Assembly: GCF_963506605.1 (NCBI RefSeq)
Contig: NC_083289.1
Location: 28,148,001 to 28,212,000 of the forward strand
Length of the DNA stretch: 64,000 bases
Direction: 5' to 3'
Source: Zootoca vivipara
Taxonomy: Eukaryota
Part shown: positions 35,101-55,902 of the stretch, in pieces
Numbering within the stretch: position 1 is the stretch's first letter
Layout: each line of letters opens with the position of its first letter
Made by a program: the position numbers and the translations under genes
Notes under the pieces: model-generated
What the model saw: only the letters and a program-made list of their open reading frames with translations
Databases searched by the model: none
What the model was told of the DNA's origin: nothing

Positions 35101-36352
35101 GGGCATCTCCTTCAATTGCCCCTGGAAAGCTGGGCAAGCACTCTGCTGCCTCTGTGGGGATAAACCCTTTGTGAGAAGGTGCAGTCCCTGCCTCCAGCCC
35201 CCTCCCCACAGGACTGGAAGCTGGTGGCACACCCTCTGGAACCCCGGGGGGGGTGAGCATGCCCCAGAGTACCCACTTATGCCAGGGATGGTGTTTTAAT
35301 AAAATAATAGAATTGTAGAGTTAGAAGGTTGGTCATGTTGTCCAACCCCTGCAATGCAGGAATCACAGCTAAAGAATCCATGCCAGACGGCCATCTGACC
35401 TCTGCTTTAAAACCTCCAGGGAAGGAGAGCCCACCACCTTCCAAGGCAGTCCATTCCACTGTCAAACAACGCTTAAATGTTGGTGTGTCCCTCCAGATCC
35501 AGAGCTTGGTGAATGGCTGGCAGGAGGCTGAGCTGGGCCTGGCTCAAGGGCGCCATGTAGCACGCAGTTTGCTCAACAGGAGCCACGAGAGCACCGAGGA
35601 GCAGGTGGGCAGGTGAGTGGTGGGGAGGCAGGCTTGGGAGCAAACTGACTTGGGTGATTGATTTTGTGTCCCAGGATATCCCACTGATTGGTGGGTGCAG
35701 CTGTTCAAGGAAGAGGAAGAGATTTCCTCCCAAGGCAGCACTCCACATGGCTTTGGGTCCAAGGGAGAGCAAGGCATGCTACATTCAAGAGACAAGCCAA
35801 AGGTGACCCCGGTGACATGATTATTGCTAGACCAGGCAGGAGTTATGTCCCCAAAGTAAAAGGTAAAGGGACCCCTGGCCATTAGGTCCAGTTGTGACCG
35901 ACTCTGGGGTTGCGCACTCATCTCGCATTATTGGCCGAGGGAGCCGGCGTATAGCTTCCAGGTCATGTGGCCAGCATGACAAAGCCGCTTCTGGCAAACC
36001 AGAGCAGCACATGGAAACGCCGTTTACCTTCCCGCCGTAGCGGTTCCTATTTATCTACTTGCATTTTGACGTGCTTTCGAACTGCTAGGTTGGCAGGAGC
36101 TGGGACCGAGCAACGGGAGCTCACCTCGTCGCAGGGATTCGAACCGCCGACCTTCTGATCAGCAAGCCCTAGGCTCAGTGGTTTAACCCAAAGTATTAAA
36201 CCACTTTGTCCCCAAAGTATTTCCTGGCAAAGATGCATCACGGCAACAGGAGCTGAAGAACCCCAGATGGAAGGATATTTGTCCACATAGTTCTCTTTCA
36301 AAGTCTGTGGACACTTGGGTTGTACAGAACATGTGAACTTCAGAAGGGCCCT

Positions 36353-36411
<59 letters not shown>

Positions 36412-39400
36412 GTCAGGCTGAAGGGGTCCATCTGGTCCAGCATCCTGTTTTCACAGTGGCCAGCCAGATGCCCCAGTGGGAAGCCCAAAAGCAGGAGCTG
36501 ATTGCAACAGCAACTCTCCCCAACTTGATTCCTATGAACTGGAGCTTTCTTGAAAGAGCAAAAGCTCTTCAGAGGGGGAGGAGCATCACCCTTTGTGCAT
36601 CTGGAGCAACATCCAACCAGAAGCATCAGAGTTTGGGGTCCAGAACAGCAGGAAGGCCTACATGGGGTGTGGCTAGCACCAAGCGAGCAAGTCCCAACAG
36701 CCTACTTCTGCCTGTTCCCCCTCCCCCATCCTCACAGGCTCGGGGCTCTCACCTGCTTCCTCAGCATTGGGGACTTGCGTCTGATCTCCCCCTTGCAAGA
36801 TCCGTGGGGGCCGATCGAGAAGCACCTCCTGGAGTGTGTGGCCAGAGGGGTGGTGGACCCTCATGGGCAGGTGAGTGGTGAAGAGGACCAGGCTCTCTTG
36901 GGCACAGCAGAGCCTAGCCTAGGGCCAGTGCTGCTGAGGACATTTCTCCCCACTGTCCCTCAGCCTCCTTCTGGGGGCAAGCCACTCTTCACAGAGATCC
37001 AGCTCTGGTGATGCTCTCCCAACTGGAAGCAAATCTGCAGAACCCTCCTCTTCTCCAGGACTGAAGCCTCCTTTACCAAAGCTGGCTCCTTCCCCTGGTT
37101 GGGCCACCACCTCATCTGACTTGCCATTGCCTTCTCCTCCTCCTCCTCCTCCTCCTCCTCCTCCTCCTCCTCCTCCTCCTCCTCCTCCTCCTTCCAGCTG
37201 GCCCATGCCCTGGCAGAGCTCCTGCCTTCCTCGGTGGGCTCCCACGAGCTGCAATCCTGGCGGGGTCTTGTGCCAGCCATGGGGGTGGAGTTCCTGCGGG
37301 GCCTGTCAGAGTCTCAGGTAGGGGCTATCCTCCCAGAGCTGCAAGCAGCACAGCTTAGCCGTGCCCAGGTGAGTTGTACTGAGGGTATGCCCTGCATCTG
37401 CCGTGGGGGTGGGTGGGTATTAGGCAAATTTGACCTCTCCAGAGTTGGGGGCAGCAGCAGCCTACCTCAGGAGACATCCTGCCTAGGTCAATCCCACCAA
37501 CTCCCTGTCATGGGGATGAGCTAGGGCTTCCACTTCCTTATGCTCAGGCAGCTTCCTTGTTTGTTTGCTTATTTATTTAGTAAAATTTATACACTACTTG
37601 ATTGTTGTTGGGTTGTTTTTTTTAAAGCCACCCTCTAAATATAAAACAATGGCTATCAATAAGAAAAATTAGCAATAATTTTTAAAAACTTTCATAAAGT
37701 TGTAATAGCAAAAAAAACTGAAAGCAGATTTAGGGGTGGATCTATACTCATGTTTTATAACATAAAAAATGTGTTATTAAAATGTGACACCAGAGGGCAC
37801 TGCAGAGCAGCGAGCCACCAGCCATGGGAAACTGCATTAAACGTTACAGAACATTACGTATATTTAATAACGTTTAAAAGATCAATGTAGATCCAGCCTA
37901 AAACTCAATCAACTTTCTAAGCATCTGGGTGGGCTTATATAAATAAGAATGTTTTTAGCAAGCACTGAAAATAGTACAAGGAAGGACCCTGCCAGATATC
38001 AATAGGCAGGGAGTTCCAAAGTGGAGGTGCTGCCACACTAAGAGATCCTTCTTCCCTTCAGGCTCTCCTGCTGCTCTCGCAGGCACTGCGGATGGAGAAT
38101 GTGAGTATCACCCAGAAGGTGAAGCTCAGAGGTAGGTGTGGAGGTCTGGGGCAGAGACCTCCTTGTTTGACCTGGTCCAGACAGCAGGGACAGGTCAGCA
38201 GTTGGCAGGCCCACAGCTCTGAAGATGGCAGACCCCAGCTTGGCTTGGAGAATCTGCCACCTCACCTGCCCACTCACTCTTCTTCAGGAATGAAGAGCTG
38301 AAACGAACTAGTGAGAAATAAAGTCTAGTCTGGGGAGGGAGGAGCTCCCTGGGAATCTTGCCTCTGTTATAACCGTTTTGTAAACCTGCAAGCTACAGAC
38401 ATGCTTGTTCAATCCAAAACGGAATGCAAAGCATTTCCCTGTCTGCTGATATTGTTGGGCAGGGGGATCCAAAGCCCCACCAGTACCACCACTCCACCCC
38501 TTGGTTTTCAGTGATGGGCTCTGTGGCCTCCCTCCCACCCTGCCTTCTGTCTCTGCAGGTGACGCTGAGTGGGGCTGAGCCTCTCTGCTCCCTCCTCGCT
38601 GGCCTGGGTCCCCAATCTCTGGAGGTGGCGGTGGCGGCTGTCTTGGCCAGAGGCTGTGCATGTGTGGGCCCCACTCTGCCCCATCTCTCAGGAGCTCAAA
38701 AGGCAGGTCTGCTTCAAGCTCTGCAGGTATCTGGCGAGGCCCACAGGGATCCGGGCGGCTGTGTGTGTGTGCCCTCGAATGGCTTCAGCCTCCCTAACCG
38801 CGTGTCCCCTTCTTGTGCCTGTCCCAGAGGCATGGCCCAGAGTCCCCTGTCCTCAGTGCCCACCTGGACTGCCTCCTGCCTGCTGTCCCTCTCAAGCTCC
38901 TGCAGGTGGACACCCAGGCCCTGCTGGGGAGGAGCAGCTGGCACCGGAAGGCACCTTGGTCCCCACAGCAGGTATGGGAGAAGAGTGCTGGGCAGGGCGA
39001 TGGGAGGCCAAAGCAAAGGGTGTCATTCACTCCCTGTGGTGTCTCCATAACTCAGGGGTAGAGCATGCAGACAGCCATGGGCTCAGCACCCACCAGCATC
39101 TCCAGGGGAAGCTGGGAATTGTTCCCTGCCTGGAAGCCTGGAGAGCTGCTGTCAGTCCATGCTGACAGTGCTGAGCTAGATGGACCCACGGTCTGGCTTG
39201 CCACAAGGCAGCTTCCTAGCTTCTTTTTACGTCCCTCTTTCTCAGGCCCAGTTCCTTTGGCAGAGCATTGAAGCCAGTGCCAACATGACGGGGGACCTGA
39301 TCTGGTGAGAGCCACACCCCTGCCAACTCCCCTCCTCCCTCCCTCCTCTGCTAATGGGATGACATGGGTGGTGATGGCTGAACTCTCTCCCCATGGCAGG

Positions 39401-42400
39401 GCACTGGGACACCTGGCTATGGGGCTATCCTGCACCTCTCTGCAGACCTTTGAAGCTGGGGCAGATTTTCTGGCTGTTCTGGAAGCTCTCTACAGCCAAG
39501 ACCTCCACCTGCCCTGGAGCCTGGTAAGAAGGCATTGGGGAGAGGCCTACCCTGGATGGGAGCAGGGAAGGGGCTCAGCGGGTGCAGAGCAGTGGGCCTG
39601 GGTACATAATGCCCCCCTCCTCAATTAATGCCAAGCTGCGCCTTTGTTTCCAGAAAGGATGCATCTGGGAGGAGATCCAGAGGAGACCCAGCCTATCTAC
39701 TACAGAGTTGCTGGGGCTGGGACCCCAGTTCCTCATGGACTTGCCGTAGGTGACCTGCATCCCAACCCCGAGTCCCTGGCCTCCCTCCCACCCAATACAT
39801 CCGGTTAGGTAGGTGGCAGCAACCCTTTTGTGCTGCCTCCTTGTGACCAAGGATTTGATGGGCACCAGACCTCTTGGCTGCATGGAAGCTCCCCCTAGTG
39901 GCTAAGAAAGACATCAAGGGTGCAGGGTATGTTTTGGCGAGAGGAGAGAGCGCCGTATTCAAATATCTGCCACAGAAAAGGCTTTAGAGCAGGCATGTCC
40001 AACAGGTAGATCAGGGGTCGTCTGCAGTAGATCACTGGGATATCATTGGCTCCCTCAAAAGAAGCTAAACATCTGTGGCTCCCCTAAAAAAAGCTCAACA
40101 TTTTACCTCCAGCTTGAAAAAAACTCAACAACTTTGACCTGAACCCCCCAAAAAGGGGGTAGATCACTGCCAGTGTTTAACTCTGTGAGTAGATTGCAGT
40201 CTCTTGGGAGTTGGACACCCCTGCTTTAGAGGAACCTATAGGAAGACCTTCCTGAGTCTTCAGGCATTTCAGCAGGCGGCAGGTTTCCTGTACTGACTAA
40301 GGTGGGGTGTGTGTGTTCCTTTCACCCCCTTGATTCTGTGCTACTGGGCCAGATCAACATCCAGCGCTCCTCCCTGCCTTGCCTGGCCTGCTTCTTGCTG
40401 CTGAAGTGAGGTGTCCCTTCTTGGCCAGGACTCACCTGCTGGACAAGCTTCCTGGCAAGTCCTTCCTGCTGATCTTGGACTATGTAAGGAGCCACCCACG
40501 CAACCTGCTGGTCTTGCCACCCCCTCGACGGGCCGCCCTCGCCCGGCACAGTTTGCAGGCACTACTGGTAAGGGGGAGAGGAGCAGCGACCAGTTTTGAG
40601 AGCCAGAGTGGCACAGCTGGAACCCAGTGCACTTCTCCACCTCCCCACCACCACCATCAGCTCTGCTGTGGGTTTATTGATTTGCTTGGGATCTGTGAAA
40701 TGGGGACAATAGTTATATTGTGAGGTCCAAAATGAGCCAATAATCGGAGGCTCACCTGGGACACATTCCATCCTTTCCAGGTGCAGGAGGACCACAGGGA
40801 AGGGTGCAGGGAGGGAAATTCCTAGGGGCACTCTCCTCTCCACCCCCCTCTCCCTGTGTCAAAATGCAACGGTGAGCTCTGATGGAGTGCTGTGTCTTCA
40901 GGCACCCTGCCCTTGGCCTCAGGGATGGGACAGCAGCAAAGTTACCCTTCCCAGGCCATACTCCTTGCAGCACCACCACTCCTGGCTGGGACCAGTGTGA
41001 GCCACCTCCCTCCCCTCTGTATTTCAGCAAAGGTCCCAAGGGGAGGCAGACATCTCAGTGGAGATATTGACCTTGCTTGGCCCTTTGGTGGGCTTCCTGG
41101 AGCTCGACAACCTGGTCCATGCCAATCCTGCAAATCTGCTCCAGCACCTGGATGAGCTCCGGGAGACCTGCCTCGATAATGGAGTTGCGGAAGTGGTTGG
41201 GCAACTGCTGATGGCAGATGGTGCTTTGGGGTGAGGAAGGTGCCTTTTTGGACCCTGGCTGAGCTCAAGGCCTTGGCTTGCCTACATGACCACCTCACTG
41301 TTTCGCCACTACAGGGACCCAGTGCACTGGAGCCAGGTGGAGCTGGAGCAGCTGGGGCATTTGGTGTTCAGGCTCCCTCCGGAGAGTATCCAGCAAATCC
41401 CCCAGGTGAGGCAGAGTGAGGGTCTGTATCCATGTCTATCTCGTGTGCTGGAGTGTGCTTCAGCATTCTGTCTCACTGCCAAATAGCTCTGATAGCATCC
41501 AGCAATCAGCTGCAGGCTGCCTCTGGAAATGGAGGCTCCACCTAGCAGCCAGGGCTGACCTCCAGTGGCATCCTCACCAGTGGTGGACCTATATTTGGGG
41601 GCCCCTGAAGCTTGAAATGTTATGGTGGCCCCTTCACAACCTGGAATGAGGTCTGGGTAACCTCTGTTACCTTCTTCAGTGGGATTGTTCCAAGGCAGAT
41701 CACTTAAAATTAATAATAATAACTACTACATCTCAGTTTTTGATTAAAATTGCTGCCCTCAATCATCTCACACGCCAAAGTCATTGGTGTAAACAAAAAT
41801 TTCCTATGCCTTATCATTTTCAAGTTACTTCAACAGTTCACCTTTACAACATCTGTGCTGTTGACTCTCAAATTTTGGGATCGTTGAATTATATCCAACA
41901 AAAATAATAAATTTAGTCGTGCAAATTGGGTCTAAAGGTAAAGGGACCCCTGACCATTAGGTCCAGTCGTGACCGACTCTGGGGTTGCGCACTCATCTCG
42001 CATTATTGGCCGAGGGAGCCGGCGTATAGCTTCCAGGTCATGTGGCCAGCATGACAAAGCCGCTTCTGGCAAACCAGAGCAGCACATGGAAACACCGTTT
42101 ACCTTCCCGCTGTAGTGGTTCCTATTTATCTACTTGCATTTTGACGTGCTTTCGAACTGCTAGGTTGGCAGGAGCTGGGACCAAGCAACGGGAGCTCACC
42201 CCGTCACAGGGATTCGAACCGCCGACCTTCTGATCAGCAAGCCCTAGGCTCAGTGGTTTAACCACAGCGCCACCTGTGCAAATTGGGTCTACTAGACCTA
42301 AAATTGTTAAGTCATGTGAACTAAAATCACTTCTGGGGCCCCTCTGGGATTAGGGCCCCTGAAGCTTGTTTCATTAGTTTATAGTAGATCTGCCCCAATC

Positions 42401-42452
42401 CCCACCCTCTGGACCTTTGCTCATGCACTGCTTGACAAGTACTTCTTTATAA

Positions 42453-42520
<68 letters not shown>

Positions 42521-45500
42521 ATTGCCAGACATTGCATAAAAGGGCTTCCTATTGTCTCATTATCTGATTGCTTGGGGAGGTGGGGTGGGCTGAGGGGGTG
42601 AAGTGGGGAGAGGAGCCCCACAGATGAGCTCTGCTGTGTCAGTGTGTCCCTGCCTCTCTGGCATCCTTAGTTGTGATTCCTGCATTGCAGGGAGTTGGAC
42701 TAGATGATCACTGGGGTTCCTTCCAACTGTAAGGTAAAGGTAAAGGGGCCCCTGACCATCAGGTCCAGTCGTGTCCGACTCTGGAGTTGCGGCGCTCATC
42801 TCGCTCTATAGGCTGAGGGAGCCGGCGTTTGTCTGCAGACAGCTTCCGGGTCATGTGGCCAGCATGACAAAGCTGCTTCTGGCGAACCAGAGCAGCGCAC
42901 GAAAACGCCGTTTACCTTCCCGCCGGAGCGGTCCCTATTTATCTACTTGCACTTTGATGTGCTTTCAAACTGCTAGGTGGGCAGGAGCTGGGACCGAGCA
43001 ACGGGAGCTCACCCCGTTGCAGGGATTCGAACCGCCGACCTTCTGATCAGCAAGCCCTAGACTCTGTGGTTAAACCCACAGCGCCACCTGGGTCCCTCCT
43101 TACAACTGTACAGTTCCATAATTTTATGACCTGCCTCTCCCATCCTGTTCTGCTCCAGGCGGTGTTGAGCAAGGACCTTGTGGAGCAGCTGTTGCAGAGC
43201 CAGAAGCTGTGGGAGGAGAGTGAGCAGGGCCGGCTGTGTGACCCTCAAGGGCCAGGTGGGGGGTTGCAGGCCCAGAAAGAGGCCCTGGTGAGGAGGAGCC
43301 TGGAGGGCTCCCAGGAAGGTGAGTTTCTGTCTGAGGAGGTGCCTCTGAAGCACACTCAGACCAAGGGGAGGGGTTAGGGACCCTCCCTGTCCCTTTGGGT
43401 TAGCTCATTGCCCATCCCCACCCCTGCTGGACTCTCTGTGCAGAACCTGTGCCCAGCTGCTCCGACATCCGGGCCTCTTTCCCCTCGGCCTGGAGCGCCA
43501 CCCAGATCAGCGCGATGGAGCTGGACCAGTTCCATGACTGCCTGAGCCTCATCAGTCAGGACCTCGCCCTCCGTCCATATCAGCGCCAGGCTGCTCTCAG
43601 CAAAGCCAAACAGGTGAGTTCTCCACCAGACTGTATTCTGACCCCAGAGGGTCCCAAGGCCAAGTTTGACTCAGAGCAGACCCTCCAAGTGTCCCTATTT
43701 TCAAGGGACAGATTTGACCCCAGAATGTCCTGTTTTTCCTTAAGACGTCCCTATTTTCATTGGAGAAATGTTGGCGGGTATGTGAGAGTAGACCCACTGG
43801 AATGAATGAACCTAAGTGAGTCTCGTCAATTAACTTTAGTAGGTCCCTTCCAGTGTGTAGGCCAGGCCTTGAAACCCACCCAGGGCCTTGGCTGAAGGCG
43901 GTTCCTGCCATAAATAGCCCTCAAACACTTTGGGCCTCCCTCAGCCCCAAAGGACCGGGGCGGGGGTTGCCCAGGGAAGCAGCCTGTCCAGCCTACAGAG
44001 ATGCCTTTCATGCAGTTGGACCTTGAAACCCTCTTGTTCAGGAGTGGGGGGTGTCTCCATGGTGCGAAGGGACAGTGGCTTAGGAGGGTCCCCCTGTGCT
44101 TGCAGGTTCTGGGGCCGACCTGGGCAATGGGCGCAGTGGAGATGCTGCAGTTGGGCTTCCTGGCCCTCCAGTTGAGCGAGGAGGAGCTACAGGAGCTGGA
44201 GATTCCTGACTGGGGAGCCTTGTCAGTGCTGGGGGCCCTGGAAGGCTGGACAGAGAGGCAGGTGAGGGGCCCTTCATTTTCCTGGCTCACCCACTGCATA
44301 CCTCCCAAGTGTCCCGATTTCCCAGGCAAAGTCCCAGAATGACGAAAGCCATCCTGGCTTCTGATTTGATCCATGAAGACAACTGTGTCCCTGTGGCCAG
44401 TTTGAGCTTCAGAGGGAATATGCCACCTTCAATCCCCTTTTTCTAGTCTCAGGCCTTCTGAGCCAGCCTGGCCAGAAGCTGCCAGCCAGCCACAGCCACG
44501 TGGCTTTGCCTGGGTGCCTGGCCAAAGTCCTGATGTGATCTCCCCATTGTCTCTCTCTGCACACCCAGATGCAAGCTGTGGTTGGCAGCCTCCTTGCAAA
44601 GCAGCACAAGGTGAGCGCGGAAAATCTGGCACTGCTGGACTTGGTTTCTCTCGGGCACCTCCTTTGTGGGCTGCAGGTGGCGGAGATCAGGCAGCTCAAC
44701 AGCCAGGAATTCAGGTAGGGAGGCTGGAAGGCACAGGGATTGGCAGAGGGGATGGAAGGTGCTGTTCCCAGCCTTCTACGGTTGCAGGCAGGACACACGC
44801 ACATCCAGTTTCTGTTTCAGTGCAGAGGCCTCCACTTGCCTCCCTGCACCCTGACTACAGCCTTCTTCCTTCCCCACAGCAAAGCGGCCTCCTTCCTGGG
44901 GTTGCTCCATCTCAGCTGCTCTGAGGAGAAACTGGATGCCCTGGCCTGGCTCCTGGTCACCCCCTCTGCCTTTGGGCCTGTCGCCATGTGGGGCCCAGGG
45001 ATTTTCACAGAGATTGGGACGCTGGCAGGTAGGTGGCTGTGTGGTGGAGGGAGTCCTTGCTTCTGTCTTCCTTTTGGGGCAACACACCCTGGGTGGGCAC
45101 CACCTGCCTCTTTCTCTCCTTCCCAGCGGGGCTGCCAGACATCGTCCTCTCGTCCCTCGTCCCAGAGCAGCTTCGGGCTCTGACCCCAGTGGCAGTTGCC
45201 TTGATCCCCGCCCCAAAATTTGCAGTGAGTGCCTTGCTGTCCTGGAGGTCTGGGACGGGGAGGGGGAAGCCTGGGGCGGGCCTCTCAGCTGGGACTCTAA
45301 ATGTGGGCCAGGCAGGGGCTGCCCCTCCAGTGCTGGGCCCAGCGGAAAGGGGTGTGTGTGTGTGGGGGGGTGGAGCACCATCCCACTTGCGCTGGCAGCT
45401 CCTGGTGGGTTCTGCCTCGCCTTTCTCTGCTCCCCCTCAGGTGGTGTTCAGCCCAGCCCAGCTGCTCAGTCTGACAAGCCCCCAGGCATCGGCCGTGACA

Positions 45501-45803
45501 GCCCAGCAGTACGGACTCCTCAGCCCTAGGCAAAGATGGGCCCTGGAGCTGGCGCAGTGCGAAGGGGAGCCCTGCCAGGGCCACAGGAGTATGTGCCACC
45601 CCTGCCTTGACCCCTGCATGCCTCACCATGGGCACTGCCCACACTGGCATGCCACTTCCCAGCTCTGTGCTGCCCCTCCAGTGACCCTTGGCTCCTCTTC
45701 CTCCACAGGCAGAAGTGGCTCAGGGCTCCGCCCAGCTGTTTTGCTGCTGCTTCCATCTTGCTGCCTCCTTTTGACTTTCGGGCCCCCCCTGGCCTTGCAA
45801 TAA
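29175..45803 (+). CDS. STRC: Stereocilin, about 1855 aa
   Basis: 28 exons: 29175-29232, 29340-30386, 30508-30532, 30996-32295, 32996-33058, 33307-33423, 33901-34067, 34861-35050, 35497-35612, 36738-36870, 37198-37368, 38062-38100, 38559-38726, 38828-38971, 39246-39304, 39400-39523, 39654-39745, 40429-40567, 41028-41230, 41315-41405, 43159-43318, 43444-43613, 44106-44261, 44569-44714, 44880-45028, 45127-45224, 45441-45588, 45709-45803 (5568 nt, open). It has a signal peptide, the motifs GSLQQLLLWGIRHNISWD, ISNFTIYLYC, FPSAWSATQISAMEL and WGPGIFTEIGTLAAG, and a hydrophobic GPI-type tail. It lies tail-to-tail with CKMT1, as in mammals. Confidence 0.95.
34270..34600 (-). mobile_element. Decayed L2-type LINE 3' fragment
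   Basis: TTTATTTATT tail and ...FRHQAKTFLYSQAF peptide on the - strand. A similar remnant lies at about 37560-38040. Confidence 0.55.
35859..36190 (-). mobile_element. Sauria-type SINE
   Basis: (ACCTTT)n tail on the - strand, B-box-like GGTTCGAATCC, TSD TGTCCCCAAAGTA. Nearly identical to 41935-42275. Confidence 0.88.
36353..36410. repeat. (CAG)n microsatellite in STRC intron 9
   Basis: Direct reading; lies between exons 35497-35612 and 36738-36870. Confidence 0.95.
37133..37192. repeat. (CCT)n microsatellite abutting a STRC splice acceptor
   Basis: Direct reading; ends 5 nt before the exon starting at 37198. Confidence 0.95.
37731..37900. mobile_element. MITE-like inverted-repeat element
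   Basis: TAGGGGTGGATCTATA...TGTAGATCCAGCCTA imperfect TIRs. Carries a CTCF-like ACACCAGAGGGCAC at 37787-37800. Confidence 0.55.
39990..40223. mobile_element. Non-autonomous hAT element
   Basis: TIRs CAGGCATGTCCAAC / GTTGGACACCCCTG with a perfect TSD CTTTAGAG. Confidence 0.88.
41935..42275 (-). mobile_element. Sauria-type SINE
   Basis: Perfect 16-bp TSD GTGCAAATTGGGTCTA; body nearly identical to 35859-36190. Confidence 0.92.
42454..42515. repeat. (AT)n microsatellite
   Basis: Direct reading. Confidence 0.95.
42732..43100 (-). mobile_element. Sauria-type SINE inserted into a CR1 tail
   Basis: Same family with a small internal variant. TSD CAACTGTA; the flanks rejoin into the CR1 tail motif. 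Confidence 0.85.
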
Positions 45804-45804
45804 A
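45799..45804 (+). terminator. AATAAA overlapping the STRC stop codon
   Basis: ...TTG CAA TAA AG... Confidence 0.55.
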
Positions 45805-46165
45805 GCTGCCCCTTTGCACTGACTCTGGCTGGTGCCTGCGACCGTCTTGTGCCCCCCTCCCCACTCGCTGCCTCCAGTACCACGGGGCAGACGAGGCGAC
45901 CAGTGTGACCACCTGTCTCAGAACTGTTTGACACGGGCTGGCAGCATCTCTGCAGGATAATTTTGACTGGGGATTGAACCCTGCGTCTTCTGCATGCCGG
46001 GCAGGTGCTCTGGCCCTTCTCCCTCTCCCCTGCCCTCCAAGTGGTACAAATCTCAGCCAGAGACAGGAGAATGTTACAGCAGCCAGAGGTTTATGGGGAT
46101 TGGTGCAGTGCATCATGTGCCTTCTGCCCACTGGTGTCTGCAAAGAGCCCTGGGCTGGGCTGGGC

Positions 46166-55902
<9,737 letters not shown>

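Noticed and set aside
36130-36190. tRNA-like A/B boxes
   Set aside because: These are the tRNA-derived head of a SINE, not a tRNA gene.
36315-36881. PolyQ-containing 188-aa ORF
   Set aside because: An intronic (CAG)n microsatellite next to a SINE-like repeat, not part of the STRC frame.
36919-37321. PolyG, polyE and polyP ORFs
   Set aside because: Translations of the (CCT)n microsatellite.
35967-43046. Three near-identical 'MASMTKPLLANQSS...' ORFs suggesting a small gene family
   Set aside because: They are antisense translations of Sauria SINE copies.
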